From positions 128,001-192,000 of the forward strand of contig JAWXAQ010000027.1 of the NCBI GenBank assembly GCA_034439575.1: a stretch of 64,000 nucleotides of DNA, in the 5' to 3' direction. Below the pieces are notes generated by a model. That model was not told the origin of the DNA and searched no databases. It saw only the letters and a program-made list of their open reading frames with translations. Origin of the DNA: Leptospira sp. (GTDB taxonomy: Bacteria; Spirochaetota; Leptospiria; Leptospirales; Leptospiraceae). This document shows, one piece after another, positions 11,025-20,315 of the stretch. Every line of letters begins with the position of its first letter. Positions within the stretch are counted from its first letter, which is position 1. Position numbers and translations under genes: made by a program.

Positions 11025-12542
11025 TTATTTTAGGGGTTTTGGTTCAGATTTTAATAAAAAATTTTGAACCAGAATCCCTTTTTTAGTAAAAGACTCTCCC
11101 TCTGCATATTCATTATCTAATTTTAACGGAATCAACGAACCGGTTTTTATAGAAGACGAAATTATCGTGATAGAAGTTGGAATCTTTTGTTTGTGAGAAT
11201 TTAAAAATGTTTTAATGTCTGACTCATTACTAATGCCAATGATTGGTTTTTTTGCAAAAGAAGGTAATACACAATTGTACAAATCTTCATCAGTTAAAAT
11301 GATTAAATTTCCAGTAATATGAGAATCGATTGCTAAATTGATGTCTTTGGAAGTTTTAAGAAATAAAAACAAGACCACATAACCAAGACAAGTTATGAAT
11401 ATGGAAAAACCTATTAGATATTTGATTTTTGAGATTAAGAATTTAAATTTTTCTATTTCGAAAAGTAACTCAATACTCTTGAAAGTGCCAATTATGAGTA
11501 ATGGTTGCACTGTCGCTGCGAATCGAGGTCCAAGGATAGATCCGTCAGGATTCTTGACTAAGATTGGAACTAAAAATGTAAATATACAAGTAATAAATAA
11601 GAGGGATTTATGTTCAGGTGTTACTTTTGTTAGTTTGTTATAATATATAAATGGAATCACAAATAAAAAAATTGGCCATGCGGTAAAAAGTCCCAAAGCC
11701 TTATCTGAACCAAAGAATGCTTTTATTAAATTAAAAAATCTATTTTCAATCGGATAGGAGGCCCCCGAATAGTTCAAAAATTCGATTCCTCTCAATCCCA
11801 AAATATTTTCAGTGACTATATAATTTGATACTACAAGAACGCAAGCGGGTATAAAGAGCCCCAAAAATAATGCAATTAAATCAGAGTAATGTTTGAATAT
11901 TTTAAAAACAAAAATAGCTATGAATAGTAGAATACAATACAATGCTAATTCGATTCTAAAGAGTACAGACAAACCGGTGAGTAATCCTGCCAAAAAGTTA
12001 AAAATAGGATTTGAATTTTCATTTTTAGCTTTAAGGATTAAAAAATAAGCAAAAGTGATAAGCAATGAGGAATGTATCGCTTCGCCCAGAACAAAAGAAT
12101 AAATAGAGTTGATCGAACCGAATGCGATAAAAACCAACATTAAGTTTCTAAACTTATGACTAAGATCTAGCAGATTTGAGATGTGAAAACATAACAAAAT
12201 AATCAGTAAGCCAGACATTAAACTTAAAAAATCCAAAGCATAAACACCACCTAGCATGTAAAATGGTGATAAAACTATGGAAAGAAAAAAGGGAAACACA
12301 TAATATGATTCACTATTTATTTTATAAGCAAATGGAGGTTTTACGGGAAATAATTTGTGCTCAGTGTCTATATCTTTCGCTCTATAATTTGCAGAAAAGC
12401 CTGTGAATTTTGAATCTATAAAATCTCGAATTTGTAAAATTTTAATACCTGGATCGGCAGGCTGATATTCTGTATGAGGAAGGATGATAAAAAGCGAAAT
12501 ATAAAAAGTAAGTAAAATAAGAATAAATTTTTTGAGATTCAT
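11025..12542 (-). CDS. Putative GT-C-fold glycosyltransferase (LA_3751/LA_3752-like), paralogue 4
   Basis: DPGIKILQ, DIDT, FPF, RIE, GLR, GPRF motifs. Confidence 0.65.
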   Translation of the reverse strand: MNLKKFILILLTFYISLFIILPHTEYQPADPGIKILQIRDFIDSKFTGFSANYRAKDIDTEHKLFPVKPPFAYKINSESYYVFPFFLSIVLSPFYMLGGVYALDFLSLMSGLLIILLCFHISNLLDLSHKFRNLMLVFIAFGSINSIYSFVLGEAIHSSLLITFAYFLILKAKNENSNPIFNFLAGLLTGLSVLFRIELALYCILLFIAIFVFKIFKHYSDLIALFLGLFIPACVLVVSNYIVTENILGLRGIEFLNYSGASYPIENRFFNLIKAFFGSDKALGLFTAWPIFLFVIPFIYYNKLTKVTPEHKSLLFITCIFTFLVPILVKNPDGSILGPRFAATVQPLLIIGTFKSIELLFEIEKFKFLISKIKYLIGFSIFITCLGYVVLFLFLKTSKDINLAIDSHITGNLIILTDEDLYNCVLPSFAKKPIIGISNESDIKTFLNSHKQKIPTSITIISSSIKTGSLIPLKLDNEYAEGESFTKKGILVQNFLLKSEPKPLK

Positions 12543-12641
12543 AATTGCTTAATTCATTCCATAAAAATCAATTTATATGGGAAGAAAAGGAAAAAATAAA
12601 TTCAATGGCAATTGGATAATGATTCAATTTATACAGAAGAA

Positions 12642-14192
12642 TCAGCTTTGAAAGGCCTTTTCTAAAAGTTCAGTGAGAATGCTTTTGTCACTTTTTGCAA
12701 ATTCAGGAATAGATAAATTTTTCAATTGCCCAAGTATCAATTCTTCATCGATAATTTTTCCTGCTAAGTGTTTACCTATCATTTCACTGACAATCGGGAA
12801 TATTTGTGTTAGCTCCAAATATTTTTTGGATAATAAGATCACACTCATTCCGATAGCACCTTCTGTTCCATAGAAAGCCTCCGTATCATGGAAAGTTTTT
12901 TTCCATAATTCCGATGGGAGCGATTCTTTGACTAATTTGATCATTTCAGCATGGCCTGGGCCTTTTTCTGTAATATTTACCATTGCTAAACTAACGGGAT
13001 TTATTTTTCCATGGATTCGAATGTTTTCTTCACCTAACTTTCGTATACGTTTGGCGGCGTCTCTAGTAATGGCATCTCGACCCAAGAAATTTAATCCATA
13101 TAAATATTCTTCTAATAGATCACCTTCAATTTCGCCTAAACAAATAAGCTGATATAAAGTGAAAATCATATAATCAGATTCAGTATTGTCGCCCATGAGA
13201 ATTTCTTTGGAGTGGGTGGGTTGGAAGACTCTGTCGTGTAAAAGTATAGAAAGTTTATAAGCCATTTGGTCATACAAACTTTGAATAGAGGCTCCAAAGA
13301 ATTTTTTTGTTCGAGACCAAGCGGGTTTAAAACCATTTTGCAAAAATTCTATAGGATTAAAAAAAGTTCCAATGACTTTATCAAATACACCTTTGATTGT
13401 ACCTTCTAAATATTTTAAATGGAGAGATTCGATTTTAATATTATGATTCGCAATTGTGGCAAGCATGGTGCGACGAAAAAAATGGGGACTTGCTGAAATA
13501 AAGGCAAGCGGAGCATTGTCCAATCCTTCACGTAACTGGCGATAAAGTTCTGGCATACCAGGCAAGGCTTGTTTTTGTTCTGGTGTTTCAAATAGAGTTG
13601 TAAACTTTCCTTTTCCCGAATGTATATCTGTCGCTAAATATGTTTGGTCTATATCAGAAGTGACAATATAACCCTTGTAATCTTCTGCAAGGATTCGAAG
13701 TTTTCCTTTTCCTACAATTGTCGTTTTGCCCAAAATAGAATTTTCTGTATTATTCAAATGGGCTAAGTCTTTGGAGTATTGGCGAAAGCTATCTAGACCT
13801 TCCAAATTCACTTGAAAACTGTGACTGCCAATGGGGAGTTTGTCTCGGATTTCACAGGAAAAAAATCCATCTTCATCGGCTTTGATTTTTGCTGAGGAAT
13901 AAATCTTTTCTCCAGCATCGTTGAATAATTCAATGCGAAGGACTGGTTTTCGCACCGGTGCCAGTGAAAAATCCAGAAAAGGTGTGATATTTCTTTCTTC
14001 GCCAGAAAAAAGTCCAGTGACCAGATCCCATAAACCTTCCGCTTTCATGGGATCTGTGATCCCTATGTCCACGACTTGCCCTCGCACGTAAGATCTCCTT
14101 TCGCGACCGAGTGAACCTCCGCAAACTGCGATTCGTTTGATATCAGTAAAGTTGTTGGAAGGAGGGGGTGAATTGGGAATTTGATCTGGCAT
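12642..14192 (-). CDS. App1/DUF2183-like HAD-type (phosphatidate) phosphatase domain protein
   Basis: SDIDQT (DxDxT), ISASP and GDNTESD motifs; start placed at MPDQIP (14192) to avoid overlap with the divergent ubiD-like gene. Confidence 0.65.
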   Translation of the reverse strand: MPDQIPNSPPPSNNFTDIKRIAVCGGSLGRERRSYVRGQVVDIGITDPMKAEGLWDLVTGLFSGEERNITPFLDFSLAPVRKPVLRIELFNDAGEKIYSSAKIKADEDGFFSCEIRDKLPIGSHSFQVNLEGLDSFRQYSKDLAHLNNTENSILGKTTIVGKGKLRILAEDYKGYIVTSDIDQTYLATDIHSGKGKFTTLFETPEQKQALPGMPELYRQLREGLDNAPLAFISASPHFFRRTMLATIANHNIKIESLHLKYLEGTIKGVFDKVIGTFFNPIEFLQNGFKPAWSRTKKFFGASIQSLYDQMAYKLSILLHDRVFQPTHSKEILMGDNTESDYMIFTLYQLICLGEIEGDLLEEYLYGLNFLGRDAITRDAAKRIRKLGEENIRIHGKINPVSLAMVNITEKGPGHAEMIKLVKESLPSELWKKTFHDTEAFYGTEGAIGMSVILLSKKYLELTQIFPIVSEMIGKHLAGKIIDEELILGQLKNLSIPEFAKSDKSILTELLEKAFQS

Positions 14193-14253
14193 AATTATGA
14201 AAAACTTGTGCCCCAAGTCTAATGTATCAGGATAAGATTTCCACCCCTTTTTT

Positions 14254-16044
14254 ATGAACGCGATTCGCTCCACCCAACAATTTATCAAAGTCTTACAAAA
14301 AGAAAATGAACTCTTAGTTATTTCCGAAGCCGTGGATCCCTATTTGGAACTTGCAGAAATCCAAAGAAGGGTTGTCGCCAAAAAAGGACCAGCACTCTTA
14401 TTTACAAATGTCAAAGGCACAAAATTTCCCGTAGCAACGAATCTATATGGTTCAGAAAAACGGATCCATTTGGCCTTTGGTGACAAACCAGTCCATACCA
14501 TCAAACGACTAACGCATTTAGTGAAAGAACTCCTTCCTCCACGGATGGGAACTCTCTGGAAGGAAAGATCCCTTGGTTTACTTCCCTTTCTCGTCGGCTT
14601 AAAAAAAATAAGTAGACCAGCCGTTTTAGAAAATTCACTCACAGGCCTTGGCACTTTACCACACATTGTTTCATGGCCAGAAGATGGTGGACCCTTTGTT
14701 ACTTTGCCTCTTGTTTACACACAATCCCCAACAAATGCAAAGGGCAACCTTGGCATGTATCGTATACAGCTGTTTGATGAAAAAACTGCGGGAATGCATA
14801 TTCAAATTCATAGAGGGGGAGGCTTTCATCATCATGAAGCAGAAACTTTAGGTCAAGAATTGCCTGCTCATGTTTATGTGGGTGGGCCTCCTGCCTTAAC
14901 CATTGCCGCTGTGGCCCCTCTCCCAGAAGAAATTCCAGAACTAATCTTTGCCTCATTTCTTATGGGGGAAAAATTGAAAATATCACATAACAAAACTATA
15001 TCTCCCTATCCAATTGTTTCCGATGCTGACTTTGCAATCATTGGAAATATACCAGCAAACAAACGTAAGATCGAAGGGCCATTCGGGGATCACTACGGAT
15101 ATTATTCATTGGCACATGAGTATCCATATTTAGATGTAACTTCTGTTCATTGCCGTAAAGATGCGATATGGGCCGCAACAGTGGTGGGCCGTCCTCCGCA
15201 AGAAGACCATTATATCGCCGAATTTTTGCAAGATCTACTTTCACCTCTTTTCCCACTCGTCATGCCACAGGTGTTAAACGTTTGGGCTTATGAAGAATCA
15301 GGTGTGCATTCCTTGGCCGCAGCCGTCGTCAAGGAAAGATACTACAAAGAAGCCTTTACTGGCGCTTTACGAATTATGGGAGAAGGGCAATTGTCACTGA
15401 CTAAGTGTTTGCTTGTCACAAATGAAAAAATAAATTTAAAAAATTTCTCTGAAACGTTTAAGACCATTGTGGAAAGGTGCGATACCGAAACCGATATCCA
15501 TATCTTTAGTCATATCAGCCAAGATACTTTAGATTATACGAGTGGAAAGGTAAACAAAGGAAGTAAGATGCTGATACTTGGTGTCAGTGAATCGGGTGAG
15601 CCAAAGTATAAAAATCTTCCTAATTCTTTTGATCGGTCTTTTAAAAACAAAAGTTTCCAAAATCCATTTGTATTTTTACCTGGTGTGCTTGTTGTACAAG
15701 GTTCGGCATTTACAGAGAATGATAAAAATCTAGCAAAATCTTTGTTAGAGGAAGATCTATCAAATTTCCGATTTGTGTTTCTTGTGGATGATACAAATGA
15801 TACATCAAAGTCAGACCATGATTTCATCTGGACGGTTTTTACCCGAATGGAACCTGCAAGAGACGTGTATTCAAAACAAATCATTGAAAACAATCATATT
15901 CGTCATATAGCACCTATCGTCATTGATGCCAGGATGAAACCTTGGATTCCGAAAGTGCTTGTCCCTCTGGAAGAAACTGTAAAAACCGTAAATGAAAAAT
16001 TTGGAATGCTTATCGATTCTTTACCGAATCCAATTGGCAATTAA
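14254..16044 (+). CDS. UbiD-family decarboxylase (possibly menaquinone-pathway type)
   Basis: GPALLFTNVKG, NLGMYR, EGPFGDHYGYY, VVGRPPQED motifs. Confidence 0.85.
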   Translation: MNAIRSTQQFIKVLQKENELLVISEAVDPYLELAEIQRRVVAKKGPALLFTNVKGTKFPVATNLYGSEKRIHLAFGDKPVHTIKRLTHLVKELLPPRMGTLWKERSLGLLPFLVGLKKISRPAVLENSLTGLGTLPHIVSWPEDGGPFVTLPLVYTQSPTNAKGNLGMYRIQLFDEKTAGMHIQIHRGGGFHHHEAETLGQELPAHVYVGGPPALTIAAVAPLPEEIPELIFASFLMGEKLKISHNKTISPYPIVSDADFAIIGNIPANKRKIEGPFGDHYGYYSLAHEYPYLDVTSVHCRKDAIWAATVVGRPPQEDHYIAEFLQDLLSPLFPLVMPQVLNVWAYEESGVHSLAAAVVKERYYKEAFTGALRIMGEGQLSLTKCLLVTNEKINLKNFSETFKTIVERCDTETDIHIFSHISQDTLDYTSGKVNKGSKMLILGVSESGEPKYKNLPNSFDRSFKNKSFQNPFVFLPGVLVVQGSAFTENDKNLAKSLLEEDLSNFRFVFLVDDTNDTSKSDHDFIWTVFTRMEPARDVYSKQIIENNHIRHIAPIVIDARMKPWIPKVLVPLEETVKTVNEKFGMLIDSLPNPIGN

Positions 16045-16132
16045 GTGATAGAATTTGATAAAACGTGAGTTAAACGCAATTTTTATTAAGCAATAGTTAT
16101 GCGATTGAAATTAAAAATTATTAAAGGAAAAT

Positions 16133-17104
16133 ATGAAAAAAAGTAAAATCTTAATCACTGGTGGTGCAGGGTTAATTGGCTCGCAAGTTGTTGAGGATTT
16201 AAATAGTCAAGGAAAATCTGATATCATCATTTGTGATCATTTAGGAACTACGGAAAAATGGAAAAATTTACGAAGAAATTCTTTTTTTGATTATTTAGAA
16301 AAAAAAGAACTTAGAAACAAAATGGACAATTCTGATTCTTTTTTTGATGAATTTTCACATATCATCCACCTTGGTGCTTGTTCATCGACAACGGAAAAAG
16401 ATGCTACATATTTGATCGCAAATAATTACAATTTCACAAAGGATTTGGCACATATTGCCGTTCGCAAAAAAATTCCTTTTATTTATGCCTCGAGTGCTGC
16501 GACCTATGGGGACGGGGAATTTGGTTATGATGATTCCTTGCCATTGGATTCTCTAAGGCCTATGAATATGTATGGTTATTCCAAACACCAATTTGATTTA
16601 TATGCGACACGCACAGGTCTACTCCAAGAAATCACTGGTTTGAAATATTTCAATGTGTTTGGATATGGTGAAGAACACAAAGGTGAGATGCGAAGTCTCG
16701 TCTTGAAAGGTTATGAACAAATCAAACAAACCGGAAGTTTAAATTTATTTAAGTCTTACTTAGCTGAATACAAAGACGGTGAACAAAAACGAGATTTTTT
16801 ATATGTCAAAGATGCAAGCAAAATCACTTTGTATCTTTTGATGTCAGGCAAAACAGGACTCTTTAATGTGGGAAGAGGGATTGCTGAGACTTGGAATGAA
16901 CTCGCCTCATCTATGTTTATCGCTATGGGAAAAGAAAAGAAAATTAGCTACATAGAAATGCCAGAACATCTAAAAGGAAAATACCAATACTATACTTGTG
17001 CGAAAGTAGATCGTTTGCACGACGCAGGATACAACCAAGGGTTTATGAATTTGAAGGATTCGATAAAGGATTATGTAACCCTTCTCGAACGAGAAGGGTC
17101 TTAG
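16133..17104 (+). CDS. hldD: ADP-L-glycero-D-manno-heptose 6-epimerase
   Basis: TGGAGLIGS, HLGACSSTTE, YASSAATYG, YGYSK, YFNVFG..E.HKG.M, KYQYYT. Confidence 0.9.
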   Translation: MKKSKILITGGAGLIGSQVVEDLNSQGKSDIIICDHLGTTEKWKNLRRNSFFDYLEKKELRNKMDNSDSFFDEFSHIIHLGACSSTTEKDATYLIANNYNFTKDLAHIAVRKKIPFIYASSAATYGDGEFGYDDSLPLDSLRPMNMYGYSKHQFDLYATRTGLLQEITGLKYFNVFGYGEEHKGEMRSLVLKGYEQIKQTGSLNLFKSYLAEYKDGEQKRDFLYVKDASKITLYLLMSGKTGLFNVGRGIAETWNELASSMFIAMGKEKKISYIEMPEHLKGKYQYYTCAKVDRLHDAGYNQGFMNLKDSIKDYVTLLEREGS

Positions 17105-17109
17105 GAAAT

Positions 17110-17409
17110 TTATTTCTTGTAAACTTTGACTATCGTGTTTACCAAATCTTTGAATTTAGGATCTTTCAAAGAATAATAAACTTGGTTAGAAGATTTTCTC
17201 GATTCTAAAATCCCATTGTTTTTCATTTTGCTTAAATGTTGCGAGGCAGCAGATTGGCTTGTCCCGAGAAGTTCTACGAGTTGTCCCACTGATTTTTCTT
17301 CTTTAGCAAGAGTATAAAGAATCAAAAGTCGGATGGGGTGAGCGATACCTTGGATACCTTTAATGGCTAGTTCCAATTGTTGTTTTGAAAGTTCTGTTTT
17401 TATTTTCAT
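17110..17409 (-). CDS. ArsR/SmtB-family transcriptional regulator
   Basis: AHPIRLLIL, SQSAASQHL HTH, VYYSL. Confidence 0.9.
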   Translation of the reverse strand: MKIKTELSKQQLELAIKGIQGIAHPIRLLILYTLAKEEKSVGQLVELLGTSQSAASQHLSKMKNNGILESRKSSNQVYYSLKDPKFKDLVNTIVKVYKK

Positions 17410-17438
17410 TATTTACGAAATCCGTTATATTCTTATGA

Positions 17439-17457
17439 CGAAATACTTCGTATTTCG
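17439..17457. promoter_or_regulatory. 8-3-8 perfect inverted repeat, candidate ArsR operator
   Basis: CGAAATAC-TTC-GTATTTCG about 30 nt upstream of the ArsR start codon. Confidence 0.5.
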
Positions 17458-17564
17458 ACTACAGATATTTTTTTTAAATGAAAAAAATTTACCAAATAAA
17501 TCATATCGTACATTCCCCAATTCTTTATGTTTAAACTTTGGTAAATTAATTTCTTATAATAATT

Positions 17565-18332
17565 CTAAATGCGTACTCCACCAGAAATTTCCAAAATCAC
17601 ACCAGTTACTAGTTCATTTTCTATAATAAATTGAGCCGTGTGTGCGATTTCATCTGGTTCACCAAGTCTTCCGATCGGGATTACTGATTTCCATTTTGCC
17701 AATGCATCAGGATTCATATCTTTTAATACCATCTCAGTTCCAATAAAACCAGGAGCTATTCCTGCTACACGTATTCCAAAACGTGCTAATTCTTTTGACC
17801 AAGCAACAGTCATAGCAGCAACTCCTGCTTTCGCAGCACTATAATTTGTTTGTCCTGAATTTCCATGCATAGCGATAGAGGCAATAGGTATGATCACTCC
17901 GGATTTTTGTTCAGCCATACAAGCGGCAGCTTCTCGACCAGTCAAAAAAACACCAGTTAGGTTGACATCAATGACTGATTGCCATTGGTCAATGCCCATC
18001 TTTGCTTTTACTTTTCCAGTCTCTTTATCTACGCGAATCAAAAGTCCATCACGTAAAATCCCAGCATTTAATATGGCAACATCAAGTGATCCCCATTTGG
18101 ATCTAGATTGTTCGATCAATCGAATGCTATCTTCTTCGCGAGCCACATTGGCAACGATACCTATAGTATCTATCCCTTCATTTTGAAAGGATGTTACAGT
18201 TTCGTTTAGTTTGTCTTCTTGGATATCAGAGAGAATGATTTTAGCACCGAGTTTTCCTAATCGGTATGCCATTGATTTTCCAAGCCCACCTGCTGAGCCT
18301 GTGATAAGAACTTTAGAGCCTTTTATTTCCAT
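17565..18332 (-). CDS. SDR-family oxidoreductase, FabG-like
   Basis: [20 protein letters not shown]; start taken at MEIKG (alternative 18362). Confidence 0.85.
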   Translation of the reverse strand: MEIKGSKVLITGSAGGLGKSMAYRLGKLGAKIILSDIQEDKLNETVTSFQNEGIDTIGIVANVAREEDSIRLIEQSRSKWGSLDVAILNAGILRDGLLIRVDKETGKVKAKMGIDQWQSVIDVNLTGVFLTGREAAACMAEQKSGVIIPIASIAMHGNSGQTNYSAAKAGVAAMTVAWSKELARFGIRVAGIAPGFIGTEMVLKDMNPDALAKWKSVIPIGRLGEPDEIAHTAQFIIENELVTGVILEISGGVRI

Positions 18333-18409
18333 GCCCACCAAAGTCTTTAGAGTAGGGGGCATTGTCTAGGAAAATCAGTTTTGTTTTTTTATGATGTTTT
18401 TATCAATTA

Positions 18410-19105
18410 TCAATGAAGCTCTGCTACTTCACCACTTCGAATTGAAACATAATTTTCATTGAAAGGAATTTCTACACGAGCGACAGTTCTATCGGCATGG
18501 GTAATGATGCGAAATAAATTTGGATCGATGCCTTCATTTTTCATTAAGATCATAATGAGTGCAATTCCAAGTCCTGCACCTTCCGTGTTATCCATATTGT
18601 CCATATAGAACTCGGCGATATCATTATAGCCCATCGACTTTTTCATTTTTTCTCGCATTCGAGTTTCTTCTGTCTTAATTACGGGGGTATTGTTTACGAC
18701 TTCGACGAGCATTCCATCATCACAGTAATGAAATTTGATTTGGATGAATACACCACGAGCAAGGCAACGGCGACCGTATTCTTCTGCCATTTTTTCTGAG
18801 AACTTTTTGGAATATTCTTTGATCCCTTTTTCGTAATCTTCTGGGTTTGTGATCTCTAATCCTTCATCTTCAAAAAATACTCTTTTTTGGTTGGCCTTAA
18901 TGCCATTGATGGTGAGTTCTTTTGCGATCGTATAAAGCATTTCTACGAAACGTTCATTTTTTCGTCCGGTTAAAATTTCTGTAATCAATCCCAGAACGTA
19001 CTGTTCCAATTGTCTATTCATGCGAGAGGATCGCACAATGATTTTGGAATTTGACTTTACCAGTTCTGGTAGATTTGCTTCTAATTCTTGAAAGGGTTTC
19101 GCCAC
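18410..19105 (-). CDS. Conserved hypothetical protein with HATPase_c-like motifs
   Basis: ELTINGIKA (N-box-like) and EGAGLG (G2-box-like); GTG start preceded by AAGGA. Confidence 0.55.
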   Translation of the reverse strand: MAKPFQELEANLPELVKSNSKIIVRSSRMNRQLEQYVLGLITEILTGRKNERFVEMLYTIAKELTINGIKANQKRVFFEDEGLEITNPEDYEKGIKEYSKKFSEKMAEEYGRRCLARGVFIQIKFHYCDDGMLVEVVNNTPVIKTEETRMREKMKKSMGYNDIAEFYMDNMDNTEGAGLGIALIMILMKNEGIDPNLFRIITHADRTVARVEIPFNENYVSIRSGEVAELH

Positions 19106-19187
19106 AATAGATCCTTCTCTCTTTCGGGATTCCTATTTATTATCGAACTTGGAAAGAGTAAAACTGAATTCTCACGAAAATTACGAA

Positions 19188-19218
19188 ATTTCCTTATTTT
19201 TTGCCAAAATAAGGAAAT
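19188..19218. repeat. Perfect 13-bp inverted repeat with 5-nt spacer
   Basis: ATTTCCTTATTTT-TTGCC-AAAATAAGGAAAT in a divergent intergenic region. Confidence 0.9.
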
Positions 19219-19232
19219 AAACTCATTTTCCA

Positions 19233-19262
19233 TTGACCAAACAGGCCCATTAAAAATAGTGT
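19233..19262 (+). promoter_or_regulatory. Sigma70-like promoter for tRNA-Thr/tRNA-Trp/secE
   Basis: TTGACC-N18-TAGTGT upstream of the tRNAs. Confidence 0.5.
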
Positions 19263-19312
19263 AAAAAACCTAGCCCTGCTTAGAAGCCCGTGCTTAGTCT
19301 GGGAGAGGATTT

Positions 19313-19384
<72 letters not shown>

Positions 19385-19390
19385 TGAAAT

Positions 19391-19464
<74 letters not shown>

Positions 19465-19519
19465 TTAATAAAGACTGCATGGATTTACCAAGAAAATAGA
19501 GAAGATTAGGACAAAATTG

Positions 19520-19708
19520 ATGAAGGCCACGAGTTTCATTCAAGAGTGCAAAGCAGAATTAGAAAAAGTCCACTGGCCTACGCGTCAAGAGGTAGTGAGT
19601 TCTACTGTCGTTGTCCTTCTTACAGTTATTATATTTTCCCTTTTCCTTTCGGCGTCTGACTTTTTATTTTTAAGATTGCTGAAATGGTTTTGGGCATTGG
19701 GTGCGTAG
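19520..19708 (+). CDS. secE: Preprotein translocase subunit SecE
   Basis: [12 protein letters not shown] motif plus one TM helix; between tRNA-Trp and nusG. Confidence 0.95.
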   Translation: MKATSFIQECKAELEKVHWPTRQEVVSSTVVVLLTVIIFSLFLSASDFLFLRLLKWFWALGA

Positions 19709-19724
19709 GAGAGTCTTTTTTTAA

Positions 19725-20279
19725 ATGAGCGATTCTACGGAAAAAAAATGGTATGTCCTTCAGACCTATTCAGGTCATGAAAATAAGGTCAAAACCAACA
19801 TTGAAAAAATGGTCCAACAACAAAAGTTAGAGGATCATGTTTTCTCAGTCAAAATTCCTTCGATGGAAGTTGCTGAGATGAAAAATGGCAAGAAAAAAGT
19901 TACGAAAAAGAAACTTATGCCAGGTTATGTTTTAGTAGAGATGAACATGACGGATGATTTGCGATTCAAAATCCAGAATCTTCCTTCTGTTTCTACGTTT
20001 GTGGGTGGCCAAGGAAAGGGTCCTGAGCCGCTCTCTCTAGATGAGATCAAAAATCTCTTTTCTGATGTCGGCGATGTGGAGTCAGAAGAAGTTTCAAGAC
20101 CTCGTTTTCTATTTAAAGTTGGTGAAACCCTTAAAATCATCGACGGTCCATTTGCCAATTTCAGTGGCTTAGTGGATGAAATATTTCCTGATAAGGGAAG
20201 ATTACGTGTGCGAGTTGAGATTTTTGGCAGGTCAACACCTGTTGAGCTCGATTACCTACAAGTAAAGTCTGAACCGTAA
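19725..20279 (+). CDS. nusG: Transcription termination/antitermination factor NusG
   Basis: WYVLQTYSGHE, PGYVLVEM, KOW motif DGPFANF, IFGRSTPVEL. Confidence 0.98.
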   Translation: MSDSTEKKWYVLQTYSGHENKVKTNIEKMVQQQKLEDHVFSVKIPSMEVAEMKNGKKKVTKKKLMPGYVLVEMNMTDDLRFKIQNLPSVSTFVGGQGKGPEPLSLDEIKNLFSDVGDVESEEVSRPRFLFKVGETLKIIDGPFANFSGLVDEIFPDKGRLRVRVEIFGRSTPVELDYLQVKSEP

Positions 20280-20315
20280 TTTTAAGCTATTTGATAAGTA
20301 AGGATTTTTAAGTTT

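Noticed and set aside
14193..14288. N-terminal extension of the App1-like ORF overlapping the ubiD-like gene
   Set aside because: ATG at 14192 removes the head-to-head overlap and is more plausible
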